A DNA stretch of 64,000 bases, from NCBI GenBank assembly GCA_963514005.1, contig OY740804.1:4960001-5024000 (forward strand). Reading direction: 5' to 3'. The stretch comes from Raja brachyura. Taxonomy: Eukaryota. Each line of letters opens with the position of its first letter. Position 1 is the stretch's first letter. The position numbers and the translations under genes are program-made. The notes below the pieces were generated by a model. That model had not been told where the DNA came from. It did no database searches and saw only the letters and a program-made list of their open reading frames with translations. This document shows, in pieces, positions 37,831-52,000 of this stretch.

Positions 37831-38892
37831 TGGTTTGTCTAATTTGTTTTGTATAGACTGCAACTTTAGTGATGAAGAACAGACTGAAATCAGACTGCTG
37901 GATAATCCTCGTGTTGCCAAACGTTAAGGACGTTTAGGAAAGGCAATCAAATAATCTTTCAGACCATGCTATCCCATCAAAACAAAATTATGCAACGAGA
38001 TTGTTCCGACGATTAGCCTTATTTTTCTCTCCACAGACGGTGACTGGCGCGCTAAGCACATCCAACATCTGCAGATTTCATTCCCGATATGCAACAAACG
38101 TTTAGGTAGGAAGGAACTACAGATGCTGGTTTAAACTGAAGATAGGCATCAATTGCTGGGGTAACTCAGCGTGACAGGCGGCATCTGTAGATAGATCAGA
38201 TAGGTTTAGCCGGGTTGAGCGGCGGTGTTCAGCGAAACGATCGCCGAGCCTGCGCTTGTTCTCGCTTCTCGGCGATCGTTTCGCTGAACACCTCCGCTCA
38301 GTCCACCTAAACCTACCTGATATGCCGGTCACTGAACACTTTAACTCCCCATCCCATTCCTACACTGAAATTACTCTTCTAGGCATCCTCCATTGTCAGA
38401 GTGACTCCCAGAGCAAATTGAACATTGACTTCTCTAACTTCAAGTAACCCTTGCTTTCCCATTCAACCCCCCCCCCCCCCTCCCAGTTCTCTGATCAGTC
38501 TGACCGCCTCCGACTACATTTTATCTCTAATCGCTTTGTTGTTACCTTCTCCCAGCTAACAATGATCTTCTACATTTTCCTTTCATCTCCATCCCTTTTG
38601 TCCCGTTTTCAAACCACGGATCCTTATCCAAGTATCTCCCTCTCCCCTGACTTCAGTGTGAAGAAAGGTCTCGACCCGAAACGTCAACCATTACTTTCAT
38701 CCAGAGATGTTGCATTTCCCGCAGAGTTACTCCGGCATGTTGTACAACTATTTTTTGATTAAGTGATTGAAAGATACAGCATGGATCATTTGGCACAGCG
38801 AGTCCACGTGAACCAGCAATAAACCCTTTCACACTATTTCTATAACATCCCACTTTCGCGTCTGTTGAGTACCGTAATACTCAACATGCCAT

Positions 38893-39415
38893 GTTGAGTG
38901 CCATAGAGGGGGTACAGAGAAGATTCACCAGACTGATTCCTGGGATGTCAGGACTTTCATATGAGGAAAGATTGGATAGACTCGGTTTGTACTCGATGGA
39001 ATTTAGAAGATTGAGGGGGGATCTTATAGAAACCTACAAAATTCTTAAGGGGTTGGACAAGCTAGATGCTGGAAGATTGTTCCCGATGTTGGGGGAGTCC
39101 AGAACAAGGGGTCACAGTCTAAGGATAAGGGGGAATTCCTTTAGGACCGAAATGAGGAAAACATTCTTTACACAGAGAGTGGTGAGTCTCTGGAATTCTC
39201 TGCCACAGAAGGTAGTTGAGGCCAGTTCATTGGCTATATTTAAGAGGGCGTTAGATGTGGCACTTGTGGCTAAAGGGATCAGGGGGTATGGAGAGAAGGC
39301 AGGTACGGGATACTGAGTTGGATGATCAGCCATGATCACATTGAATGGCGGTGCAGGCTCGAAGGGCCGAATGGCCTACTCCTGCACCTATTTTCTATGT
39401 TTCTATGTTTCTATG
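38893..39415 (+). mobile_element. Young CR1 3' fragment
   Basis: ORF 38891-39316 is nearly identical to the 3' part of 19578-20312. (ctatgttt)n tail. Confidence 0.9.
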
Positions 39416-40760
39416 TAATATTGATAAACGTTTTAATGCTGCAACGAGTTATTCATTTTGCCACCGTACAAATGAGCTGAAGGACTATAAATAGTGGCCA
39501 CGGTTGCGCAACGGTAGAGTTGCTGCATTTACAGCGCTTGCAGCGCCGGAGACCCGAGTTCCATCCCGACTACGTGAGCTGTCTGTACGGAGTTTGTGCG
39601 TTCTATCGTGACCGCGTGGGTTTACTTCGAGATCTTCCGTTTCCGCCAAAGACGTACAAAATGTAAATTGTCCCCAGTGTGTGCAGGGTAGAGTTATTGT
39701 GCGGGGATTGCTGGTCGGTGTAGACTCGGTGGGCCGAATGGCCAGTTTCCTCGCTGGATCTCCAAACTAAACTAAACTAAACTAGTGGAAAGTCTATTCT
39801 TGTGCAGAAACAAAATGGTTGAGTTGCAGCTTGCAAAGCGCGGGGTGTGAAACTGCAAATACATTGTGTTGCTTTCCTCAGTCTGACTTGTGACTGTAAC
39901 CCCGCCCATGGAAGAGCTATGAAGGATGTTGTTTAAAAGTAAGAAATTGTGACCTGCAAATAACGGAATAACCAACATAAAGTTCGGAAAGAGTCAAGGA
40001 TTGCTCTGGGTAAATGGCCCACTGAAAAAGATAAATATTTTCCACACAGTAAGCGGGGAGACGAGGAAATAAGACCAGAGGCTGCTTTGAACTCACAAAC
40101 CCCCAGGTCAGGGATATCAGAGGGGCGTTGACCAGCTAGAGATACTTGCAGATTCTGTGGTCACACTGATGCTGCCTGGCCCGTTCAAATCGAGCTTATT
40201 AATGGTCTAATGGGAGAAATGATCTTGAATTGGAGCTTTTCACCACTGCAAGGCATCCCAAAGTGCCTCACAGTGAGAGATAAGTGGGCTGAGAATCCAC
40301 AGATAGACACAAAATACCGGAGCAACTCAGTGGGACGGGCAGCATCACTGAAGGGAATGAATGGGTGACATTTTGGGTCGATGCCACTGTTGTTTTTAGT
40401 GGTGGGTGCTGGCTTGCAATGCACTTTAATCTAATATGTTCAAACAGTAATTTCTTCCTTTACACTGAATTGTTCTGCAGTGCTGACACTTTGCTCGCGC
40501 TGCTGAAACAAGGGTGTGTAGATTCGTATCTGTGAACCGCATCTTGCGAGCAGCTCGTTGTAATACTGCTAGCTGAGCGTGTTTGCAGAAGTCATGGGTC
40601 AATGGCGAATGAAGACGTAATGTAATAGTTTTGCTGCGTCTCCTCTCTATAGTTCCTCTCTGCAGTGTTTTTAGTTGGGCAAGTAAACAGGAAATGGCTC
40701 CAAACAAAAGATCCTTTGCTGAGGGTCGCCAACACTCAGCTAACATCAGTTGCGGACACA

Positions 40761-41699
40761 GTTATTTCCCTCCGGTGGTGCGGCCCGTCCCGCTGAGTTA
40801 CATTCGCTGGATTTTGATCCACGTTTTTATTTTAATCAAAAACTTATTCAATTATTAAAAAATAATATTTACACAACAATAAAACAAACCAGAACCCACC
40901 ACTATAATACAATACAAATATATATCCATAATAAATTACTATACAACTATGATATAATCCTTATTTGAGGATACATTCAACACGCTGCAGAACCCAGCGG
41001 TCTCGGAACTCCCCCAGGGTGCCCGTGGACAGGGCGTATTCCCTTTCTAACCGCTCTCGGGCATGGACATATCCCCGGAAAAGGGGCAGGCAGCCGGCTC
41101 GGGTAGACCCCTCCACCACCTGGCACCTTGACTCGCGGATGGCCACCTTGGCCAGGACCAGGAGCAACCCAACCAGGACATCTTCAGCCCTACCTTCTCC
41201 CCTACGCACAGGGTGGCCCCATAGCAGAAGCGTCCACATCGCGGGGCTGGAAACTGGAAGTATCCCGAGCTAATTCTGGTACCACCATCATCTATTGCCA
41301 CAAGTGATGGCCACACTGATTGTCGCCGGAAGCTTGCGTCCTTTTCATGACGGACGATGACAGCGAGGTCAACATTTGTCACAAGATGGACACGAAAAGT
41401 AGAAGACGCACAGGGTGTCCAAAGATGAGGATGGTGGGTGAAAAATGCAGCCAGAAGGCAAGGAGCAGCCCCTTTAGGTATTCAAAGTGGCTGCATCCTC
41501 ATGCACTCCATGTACACGTGGTAGACAGACTCTTCCAGCCCGCAAAAGTGGCAGGCGGCTGGCGAGTCTGCAAGTGGCAGGCGGCTGAACAGCGAGAGAA
41601 ACAGGTTGCAGGGAACACCTCGGTGCAGTAGCCTCCACCCCAGGTCCCCAATGTAGAGGGGGAGAATCCCTGCGTAGAGGGACCCCCACCGGGGGCCGT
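40761..41699 (-). mobile_element. Tx1-like (L1 group) LINE 3' fragment
   Basis: C-terminal LLLVLAKVAI...RLEREYA...FRDRW. GGACACA duplicated at 40754-40760 and 41700-41706. Empty site in the paralogous region at about 14250. Confidence 0.7.
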
Positions 41700-42854
41700 G
41701 GACACATTAATGTGTTACATCAATACCACGTGATGCATAACATTGCCACAGATGTACACAACCCGAATAAACTGCTCTGTCCCCCTGAAAGTAACACACA
41801 CAGAACGATAGCCAGCACCAGATATTAGGTTATATTATAATGCAACTAGTTGCCTACAGAATGAAATCGTTGCAAGCAGATGTACAAAATCATCCAATAG
41901 AATGTACATGAACACAACTCTGCTAATTCATTAGCTTTGTATGGCAAAGAAGACAAGTTCACAAATCAATTCACCGTACATATTCTACCTTGCTTTAGTT
42001 TCACTGACTGTATCACTTCGCGCTTGTTACATTCCACATCCCGCTTTCCCAGCTGATCTCCATCCTGTGGTAATTCTAGACAAACTTCGTCACAGTCCAC
42101 TGGAACAATAATTTTTCATTTTCAAAACGTGAATATCTTGACAGTAGTGTTTCAAATTTGAAGTGAAGAGTTGAAGCAGAGAGGAGAGGGTCAAACTCCA
42201 ATTAACCTCAACTGATTTCAGGTAAAAAGCCCCTTCTTCCAAACGCCAGCTTCCTGTTTTGCCCCTTGTCAACAACAATATGCCAAAACAAAAGTTCTAA
42301 TGATTATATTTTTGATCTGGCGGTCCACTTACAAAATCATCATGAGGGAATGATCCGGAATTGTACACACCTTAGACATGTCTACTCTTCTAAATGTCAT
42401 ATTTTATCCAATGTATCATTGTTTACATGAAGGGTCCCGACCCGAAACGTCACCTATCCATTTTCTCCACAGGTGCTGCCTGGCCCGCAGAGTTGCTCCT
42501 GCATTTGTTTTGTCTATCATTATTTCCACCACTGTTCAGTGTTAACAGACTCTGAGTACAGAGATAACCGCCGCTCCACCCTGACGGATACATCACACTT
42601 GACGAAGTGATTGAAGCAACTGCAATAACAACATGTAATGGGCACTTGGACAGGTCCATGTATAGGGAAGGTTTAGGGAGATATGGGTTGAATTTGGGGA
42701 AATTTGTCTAACATATGAGCATATTGGTCTATCGAGTTGTGGAGAAGGGCCTGTTTCCGTGCTGTATGACTCTGTGATCATCTGACCCAAACCATTTGTT
42801 AAATATAACCCTGAGCCTTTCACAATCCATCGTGTCGAGCTGCTGTTGGCTCGC

Positions 42855-42892
42855 TGTGGTTCAGGATCTGACGTCCTGTTCCCTTCTTCCTC
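42855..42892 (+). promoter_or_regulatory. Candidate promoter module of gene B (RUNX / CRE-like / ETS core)
   Basis: Same motifs and spacing as 20593-20630. Confidence 0.4.
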
Positions 42893-42969
42893 ATTGCTAT
42901 TTGAGAGATGCGGTTGTATCTGAGAGCTCAGAGCTGAGCGACAAGTAGACAAGTGCTGGCATTGTCACT

Positions 42970-43018
42970 ATGGATAAAACAACGTGGATTCCCATTCTTC
43001 TCATCTCCTCGCTGCCCG
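42970..43018 (+). CDS. Gene B exon 1, signal peptide MDKTTWIPILLISSLP
   Basis: Paralog of 20707-20755. The second ATG of gene A is ACG here, so the first ATG is the shared start. Confidence 0.85.
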
Positions 43019-46000
43019 GTGAGTGAAAGCCAGATGTTGATATTCCAATGATCAATGTTAGTTGGGGTCCCGTGCACCCTTTCCACAGCAGAGATGTGTA
43101 GACATGTAATGGGGGAAATGAAACCAGTGCATTGCGGTGATGGATCTGAAATCACATTTGAATATCTAGACCATGTTCGCAGTTTAATCACTGTTTACAC
43201 GTGGTCTAACTGCATGCTGATGATAGTTTAAATTGACAATAGAACCTGTCCCGTTGAGAAGCGGGACATTTGGCTCCAAATTCAGTTTAGTTTATTGTCA
43301 CGTGGACCGAGGAACAGTGTTTTTGTGGCGTGCAGAAAGACAATACATGACCACAATCGATCCTCATACAGTGCATAGATACATGAAAAGGAAAGTTAAA
43401 GCCAGCAAATTCTGATCAAGGGTAGACCGAGGCTCATCAAAGAGGCAGATAGGCGTTCAGCACTGATCTCTGGTTGTTGTAGGATGTTTCCGATCCCTGA
43501 TAACAGCTGCGAAGAAACTGTCCCCAAATCTGGCGGTGTGCGTTTTCACGCTCGTAACGCTCTCCGGTAACGGACCCGCTTTATTGTAACCCGTCCGTCC
43601 TCTGTCCTCAGTTGTAAATGCGGTGAATGTCTAAACACGGGTCCGGCCCAGTGTCGGTTGAGAGATGAATGTTGGCAGCGCAACCGGCGGCACCGTCAAT
43701 AAAATAGCAAAGTGGGGTCTTTCTGTGGGGTGAGAGGCCGGGCACCGCCTGGGATTGTTGAAAGGCAGCTCCTGCAACACTGCCGCGCTCCCTCAGTACC
43801 GCACTGCGATCCCAGCCCAGTTTCTGCTCAGGAATCTGGAGTGGGAAGTGAGCCCTAATTGTACTGACCCGGGGACAGAACACTGACACAACTGGTACAA
43901 TAACAGCACTGCCTGCACTTCAGACCGGAGACATTGTCCGTGATGCAATATGACACATCATGGAACGATTTAAGTTTTCTTTCATGTAATCTTCAAAATA
44001 TATATATTTCCATTAAACAGTTCATTTGCTCTCCATCTGAAAGTTTCTCCCCTCAGTTTCAGGTGCAGTGTGGGGAGAGAGGGAGGTAAGAGGAGTTGTG
44101 GGAAGAGCGATCACAATCGATTGTCACTATGCAGCAGAGTACCGCTCACACACAAAATACTGGTGTGATTGCAGGTGGAATCCGTGTGGAGTTTTAGTGG
44201 CAACAAATGGGCAACACGGACGGAGTGGAAGAGTGTCAATCACAGATAACCCGGCACGAGGAATATTTACTGTGACTGTGGAGGATCTTCACTCTGGACA
44301 CACGGGATGGTACAGATGTGGAATTACAACATCTGCCGGCCATCCAATATTTAACGTACATCTCCAAGTATCTGACGGTACGTTTCGAAACGATTGACTT
44401 GACGTCTCCACTGAAATGCCTGATCCGTGTTTCTCCGGGAAGGGTCAGGGCAGCACCGATATCCCGAGGCTCCGCAGCAGTGCAGAGACCTGCGGGGAGC
44501 GGGCGGGGGTCGGGAAACCCCACTCATGTTGCTCTCACCCAGTGCGGGCTCTGTCCCACTGAGCGGCCACCCACTTCAACTGGGACGCTCAGCACATTAC
44601 CCTCCCTCTGAAATATCACCCTGTCAGAGGTTTGCATTCCGACCCAAACTAATAATCCGACAGATCAGTGAGAAACAAGTCTTGCTCGCGGTCTGAATAG
44701 CCGGGGAATCATAAACATGGAATCAGTCCCCAGAGCTCAACAGACTGCGTTCAGTCCTCCCGGGGCAGGCCAGCCCGCTCCCCGCCCCCACCTCAGGGAT
44801 CAGTCACTCCGCCCCCACCACGCGCTCTGTCTCTGTCCCTCTGCCCCGTCAATGTGCCCCAATCCCCAGCAGCCACTGTCCACCCACCGCCCGGCAGTCA
44901 GCCTGCCTCTCCACCCCGACATTTCCCCGGTGGTAAGCAGAATGAACTCATTTTACGCCCCATCAGCCGTCGCACACAGCATATAATCCTCCAACATTTT
45001 CGCCACCTTTAACGGGATCCCACAACTAGCCACATCTTTGCATATCCGTCGTTTTCTGCACACCGAAGAGACCGTTCCCTGCGCAACTCCCTGGTCAACT
45101 CACCCAAACCACCCCATTTCCCACCCAAACCACCCCGTCCCCAGGTACCTCCCCCTACAACCGCAGGAGATGCAACACCTGTCCATATACCTCCTCCGTC
45201 CACTCAGTCCAAGGATTCCAACAGTCCTTTCGGGTGAGGCAGAGGTTCACTTGCATCTCCTTTAACCTCATGTACTACATCCGCTGTTCCAGGTGAGAAA
45301 AATAGAAACATAGAAAATAGGTGCAGGAGGAGGCCATTCACCCCTTCGAGCCAGTACCGACATTCATTGCGATCATGGCTGATCGTTCCCATTCAATAAC
45401 CCGTGCCTGCCTTCTCACCATATCCATTGATTCCACTAGCCCATAATGCTCTATCTAATTATCTCTTAAATTAATCCAGTGATTTGGCCTCCACTGCCCT
45501 CTGTGGCAGGGAATTCCACAAATACACAACTCCCTGGGTGAAAAGTGTTTTCTCACCTCCGTCTTAAATGGCCTCCCCCTTATTCTAAGACTGTGGACCC
45601 TAGTTCTGGACTCGCCCAACATTGGGTATTTTTTTCCTGCATTTAGCTTGTCCAGTCCTTATATAATTTTATATGTTTCTATATGATCGCCCCTCATCCT
45701 TCTAAACTCCAGTGAATACAAGCCTAGTCTTTTCAATCTTTCCTCATATGACAGTCCCTCCATCCCAGGGATCAATCGCGTGAACCTATGCTGCACTGCC
45801 TCAATCACAAGGATGTCCTTCCTCAAATTAGGAGAACAAAACTGTACCAGAGCCTTACACAACTGCAGAACAACCTCTCTACTCCAATACTGAAATCCTC
45901 TTGTTATGAAGGCCAACATTCCATTAGCTTTCTTCACTGCCTGCTGTTCCTGCACGCCAACTTTCAGTGACCGGTGTACAAAGACACACAGGTCTCGCTG

Positions 46001-49000
46001 TACCTCCCCCTTACCTAACCTAACCCCATTGAGATAATAAGCTGCCCCCTTGTTTTTGCCACCAAAGTGGATAACCTCACATTTATCTATATTATACTGC
46101 ATGTGCCATGCATCTGCCCACTCACTTAACCTGTCCAGGTCACCCTGCAACCTCCTAACATCCTCTTCACAGTTCACACTGCCACCCAGCTTTGTGTCAT
46201 CCGCAAACTTGCTAGTGTTGCTCCTAATTCTCTCTTCCAAATCATTAATAAATATGGTAAACAGTTGTGGCCCCAACAGCGAGCCATGTGTCATTCCACT
46301 TGCCTCTGCCTGCCATTCTGAAAAGGACCCATACACTCCTACTCTCTGCTTCCTGTCTGCCAACCTATTTTCTATCCACATCAACACCCTACACCCAATA
46401 CCATGTGCTCTAATTGTAGCCACCAGTCTCCCGTGTGGGACCTTATCAAAGGCTTTCTGAAAGTCTAGATACACTATATACACTGGATCCTCTTCATCCA
46501 TTTTACTTGTCACATCCTCAAAAAATTCCAGAAGATTAGTCAAGCATGATTTTCCTTTCATAAATCTATGCTGACTTGGACTAATCCTTTTACTGCTATC
46601 CAAATACCCCATTATTACCTCTTTAATAATTGACTACAGCATCTTTCCCACCACCGAAGTCAGGCTAACTGGTCTGTAATTCCCCGTTTTCTCTCTCGCT
46701 CCATTCTTGAAAAGTGGGATAACATTAGCTATCCTGCAATCCACAGGAACTGATCCTGAGTCTATTGAACATTGGAAAATGATCACTAATGCATCGACTA
46801 TTTCTAGAGCCACCTTCCTAAAGACCCTGTGTTGCAGTCCATCAGCCCCGGGGACTTATCATCCTTCAGATGAACAAGTGGATAGAGTAGATGGGAGACC
46901 AAGCACAGACTTGCCGATCTTCGCTGAATAACTCTGCTCAGCCTGCCTCGGCCTACGCAACTTCTCGATTGCTGAACACTAACTCCCCCTCCCATTCCAA
47001 AAGTGACCTTTCTGTCCTGGACCTCCTCCAATGTCGGAGTGCGGCCAAACGCAAATTGATGAAACAGCACCTCATATTACGCTTGGGCAGCTTACAACGC
47101 AGTCGTGTTTGAATATTTACTTCTCTAACTTCAAGTAACCCTTGCTTTACTCCTGTCTCCATCCCGCCCCGACCTAGTTTGCCATTTAGTTTCACTGTCA
47201 TCCTGATTATAGTTTACTGATTGTTTGCCTCATTGTCACCTTCCCTCCAGCTGACATAGATCCATTCTACATTTTCACCTTTGATCAATTGTTTTCACAC
47301 CTTACCCTTCCATTTCACTTCTGTCTCCCTTTCCCATGACTCTCAGGCTGAAGAAGGGTCTCGACCCAAAACGTCACCCCATCCTTCTCTCGAGTGATGC
47401 TGCCTGCTCTGCTGAGTTACTCCAGCATTTTGTGTCTATCTGAAAGAGATCGTGATTAGTTTTCGCCTTTGAATTCCAAGACATTTAAAAGGGGTTTTGG
47501 CACGCTGGTCATAATCAGTGAGAACATTCAGAACATAATATGAGATAATATGCTTCATACGTGCAGATGTTGAGTCCACACTTTGGGAATTGTGTTCAGC
47601 TTTAGATTCCCAGCTCCAAGAAAAATGCCGTTGAGGTGGACAGTGTGCAGAAAGGTTTTAGGGCGACGCTGCCTGGACAGGATGGGATTGCCGCAGGGAG
47701 CGATTGGACAAACTCGGACTTCATTCCTTGCTGTGGAAATGATTGAGCGAGGAACTTGGAGAAATGTATCAATCACGAGAATCATGTTCATTTTCCCACG
47801 ATGTGTGGGATGAGGAAGTGGAGGACAGAGGTAATGGAAACTATTTAAAGAGGGGGGATTAGTAAGGTGTCATTTACCGCAGTGGCATGTTTGATACAGA
47901 TGAGTGGCCGAAGCTGAACATAATGCACCCAAGTTCGACCTGAACCACATATGTACAACTGAAACATAACATCCCAACTACTGTTCTGAGGGACAACATT
48001 TTCCACACATTGTGTAATATGTGTATGGAACCTGCTGCCAGAGGAAGTTGTTGAGGCAGTTAGAATAACAAAATTTATAAAACATTTTGGACAGTTGAGT
48101 AGATTGGGATCATTGCGAGTGATAAGGGAGAAACGTGGACATATGGAAATGGCCTAGAAAGACATGTTGGTCGGCATGAATGAGCTGTTGTGATGGGCAT
48201 CTTTTGGTGCTCTATAACTCTAACCTTCTTCGGGTTCTGGGCTTCGCTCACTCACAGAGATGTAGATGAGCCGGTGAGATATCAACCGGACGGTTCGGGC
48301 TGAGATAAAGGGCTGCTGAGATTTAGCATGTGTTTGGTTTTTAACTGTTCATACAGGTGGCTGAATGTTTGCTCCACTCCCACAGAACCCGTGTCTGCTC
48401 CTGTGCTCAGATATCTGTCACCAGCAAATGCCTCACGTCTCGGAGGCTCAGTGTCAGTGTCGTGTGAGTCTGTCCGTGGATCCCTTCCCATCCATTACAC
48501 ATGGTGTGAGAAGAACAAGTATAGGTGTTCACAGATCTCCTCTGGCAATCAACTGGATCTGAGTTGTGAAATCCTCGGAGGCCAAAACCGTCAATATTAC
48601 TGCACAGCGTCGAATAATGGTGGGACAAAACCCAGTGAAATACTCAACGTGAATGTTTTAAAAGGAGCAGGAACGTGCAGTTATGTGACAGAAATGAACA
48701 ATAAAGGTACGTGTTATTTTCCCATGGGAATACTGTTTTACAATTCCTTTGGAGTCCCTGAACCTGCTGCTAATCTCCTTGTGGTGATGTTCATGGGTTT
48801 CTTGGTATTTGCAGATGGCATCATTGCAGCCACCGTGAGCTCATGGTGTAAAATGCGAGTGTGTTTGGGGGACTGGCAAATAATTGCCTGTTGCTTTCAT
48901 CTGGGAGGTGTTGAGCTTCGAAAGGAGAGAAAAATCTGCACTTATCACAATGCATTGAGTGCATTCCATCAAGTTTCTGCCTTCTGCCTTAAAAATGATT

Positions 49001-52000
49001 TTCTGGCTACCATTTAAGATCTCACAGTCACTTTGAGAAAGAGAAAGCAACCAAATGTATTCTATTTGGATCTATGATCATTTATAACCAAGAATCTCAG
49101 AGGACCTCACATGGTCCACCAACACTGCTGCGCTGGTCAAAAAGGCACAGCAATGACTGTTCTTCCTAAGAACATTGAAACAGACTGATCTGCCCCAACA
49201 GCTGCTGACGACCTTCTACCGCTGCACGACAGAGAGCATACTAACGTATGGCATCTCTGTGTGGTATCTCAGCTGCACGGAGGCGGAGAGGAGAGCTCTT
49301 CAGCGCGTTGTCCACAGAGCGCAAAAGATTATTGGGACACCGCTACCAGCCTTGGAGGGCATCTACCACACACGGTGCCTAAGGAACTCCGTCAGCATCC
49401 ATAAAGACTCCTCTCACCCTTGTAATGGACTGTTCGAACTATTCCCTTCTGGCAGACGCTACAAGGCCTTCTACGCCCGCACCTCCAGACTCAGAACAGC
49501 TTCATTCCCAGAGCTATAGCGGCTCTGAACCGGCCCTGCTGAGTGCCCCCACCCCCATGGACTGTCTCCCTCGGATGGTCACGTCGCACAGACACATCTG
49601 CACTTTAGTCTGTTTTGGTTTTGACTGTTTTACTGTTCTAATGTTCTTTTCACAAATCTTGTTCTCGGGGTATCTGAACCTAAATTTTATTAGTCGCTTA
49701 AGTTATGACATCGGATGGAAGTTGCAAACCAAATCTCGTTGCACTTATGTGTAATGACAATAAAATATATTATTATTATTATTATGTACAATTTCATGAT
49801 CATGTTCATGATTTTAACTGTTAATATGTGTGAATCACTGAACTCCAGTAATCTCACATAATTAAAGTGAATCTACTTGGCTGTCACTCCATCAAGTATG
49901 ACCCTTAGGGGCCTGTCCTACAAGCATGCAACACTATGCGATGAACGCGATCAAACTAGAAGCGGGGGCCGTGCGGAGGTCGGGTGATCCCCTGTACAGG
50001 GCCGTTCCCACCAGCATGCGCCTGCATGCGGCAAGCGCAACCAAACCGACAACGAGGGCTGCGCGGAGGTCGGGTGAGTGGCGCAACGCGGCGCAAAGTG
50101 AGGCGAACTTGGAGCGAAGTCCTTACCTTAAAGTTCGCCAGGACAGAGAGGGGCACACAGAGAGGGGCACAGAGGCACACACACACAGAGGGCCATGGAG
50201 CCACACACATAGAGGGTCACGGAAGCACCTACAGATAGGTTCACGGAGGCATGATATCGGGGCGGTGTGTAATGCGTCGAGGCGACTGCGAGCCGACAAG
50301 CCGTTGCCGCGCGGAATTTTTGAACATAGTCAGTTTTTCGGAGCCCCGCGCGATATCGGGACGAACTCCGCACAATTCCACACGGCTCCGGCGATTGAAG
50401 TGGGACCGGCCCCGCTAATCGCATAGAATTGCATGCTTGTAGGACAGGCCCTTTACTTTTGTCAAAGAGAATTTTAAAATGAAACTCCCAGTAGGTGTGG
50501 AGACGCTCTGATTGGAAGTACATAAGAGAGCGTGAATGGTTTATATCGGTGAGACCAAGCGCAGCCAAGGCCACTTATTCTTAAACTATTTCAAGTGTCA
50601 TTCACCCTTGAGTCTTTAGCAGAAAATTTCATTCACCCTTCGACTAAATTTTCTTAAGTTTTGTTTGATAATTTTCATCTTATTCTCCCTTGTGTATAAT
50701 TGTATATATAATTTGTATATATAATTCAGTTTCAGGTGCATTGTGGGCAGAGAGCGAAGTAAGAGGGGTTGTGGGAAGAGCGATCACAATCGATTGTCAC
50801 TATGCAGCAGTTTACCGCTCAGACACAAAATACTGGTGCCGTGGGACAAGTCGCCAGTGTACACATGTAGTGGAAACAAATGGGAAACATAGACAGAGTG
50901 GAAGAGTGTCAATCACAGATAACACGGCACGAGGAATATTTACTGTGACTGTGGTGGATCTTCACTCTGGTGATACAGGATGGTACAGCTGTGGAATTAC
51001 TATACCTGGCAAACCAACATTTAATGTACATCTCCAAGTATCTGAAGGTAGGTTTCTCAGTGAGTGACTTGATGTCTCCACTTTGGCATCCACACAAAAC
51101 ATTTGTTAGGTGGGAGTCTGGTGCACAGTTCTGCTCGCCGCTTTATAAAACAAAAGATGTGAGAGGTTTGGAGAGTTTGCAGAAAAGGTTCACCTGAATA
51201 TTTAGTTGTAGTTTACGAATGCAACATAGAAACTGATCCTTTGGCCCACCAAGTCCACACCGACTAGCGATCACCGGTCACACTAGTTCTATGTTATTCC
51301 ACTTTCCCATTCGCTCCCTACACACAATTGTACAATACCACCATTCACGCACGTCATTAGTGCAACAGTATCACTATCAACAATGTTATACAAGGAAATT
51401 AAAAAGTTGTTGATAGCGATACTGTTGCACTAATGAAGTGTTTGAATGTTGGTATTGTAGAATTGTGGCAGAGATTCAGATTAAAAGATTATCTGCAGAT
51501 GCTGGAATTGTAAAACAAAGAGAGATGGTGCTGCTGTGTACTGGTACAGTGTCAGACATGGTAGTGCTGGCAGCTGGGAGGATGGAGACATGTACAAATC
51601 TGGCAAATGGATTGTGAGGAAAAACTTTCTGACGGGTAATTTGGCTATCGCTTTGAAATGTAACATCTGAGTAGCTGACATTGTCCTCATCTGTACTGGA
51701 GTGAGTCCCTGTCGATTTCCTTCATAATTGCATTTCTGCACACACAGTTTGATTTTGATTCGACAAATGGGCAGCTTCCTTGTTGCTTTGAATATCCAGC
51801 ACTGTTGCATAAATGATGCTCCCCTTTCCTGCTGGTAATTCCTGAAATGTAAAAGAGAATCCAAGATTGTCTGATGATTTGTCTGATTTGTGGTCAGTTT
51901 TAAACACCATGTTATAGGAAATGTTGTCAAGTTGGATAGGGTGCAGAGAAGACTTACAAGGATGTTGCGATGACTTGAGGGCCAGACCAACAGATAGGGG

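Noticed and set aside
49926-50574. Overlapping GC-rich ORFs of 84-166 aa
   Set aside because: They lie within or mostly within the MITE, show no transposase motifs, and are explained by base composition.
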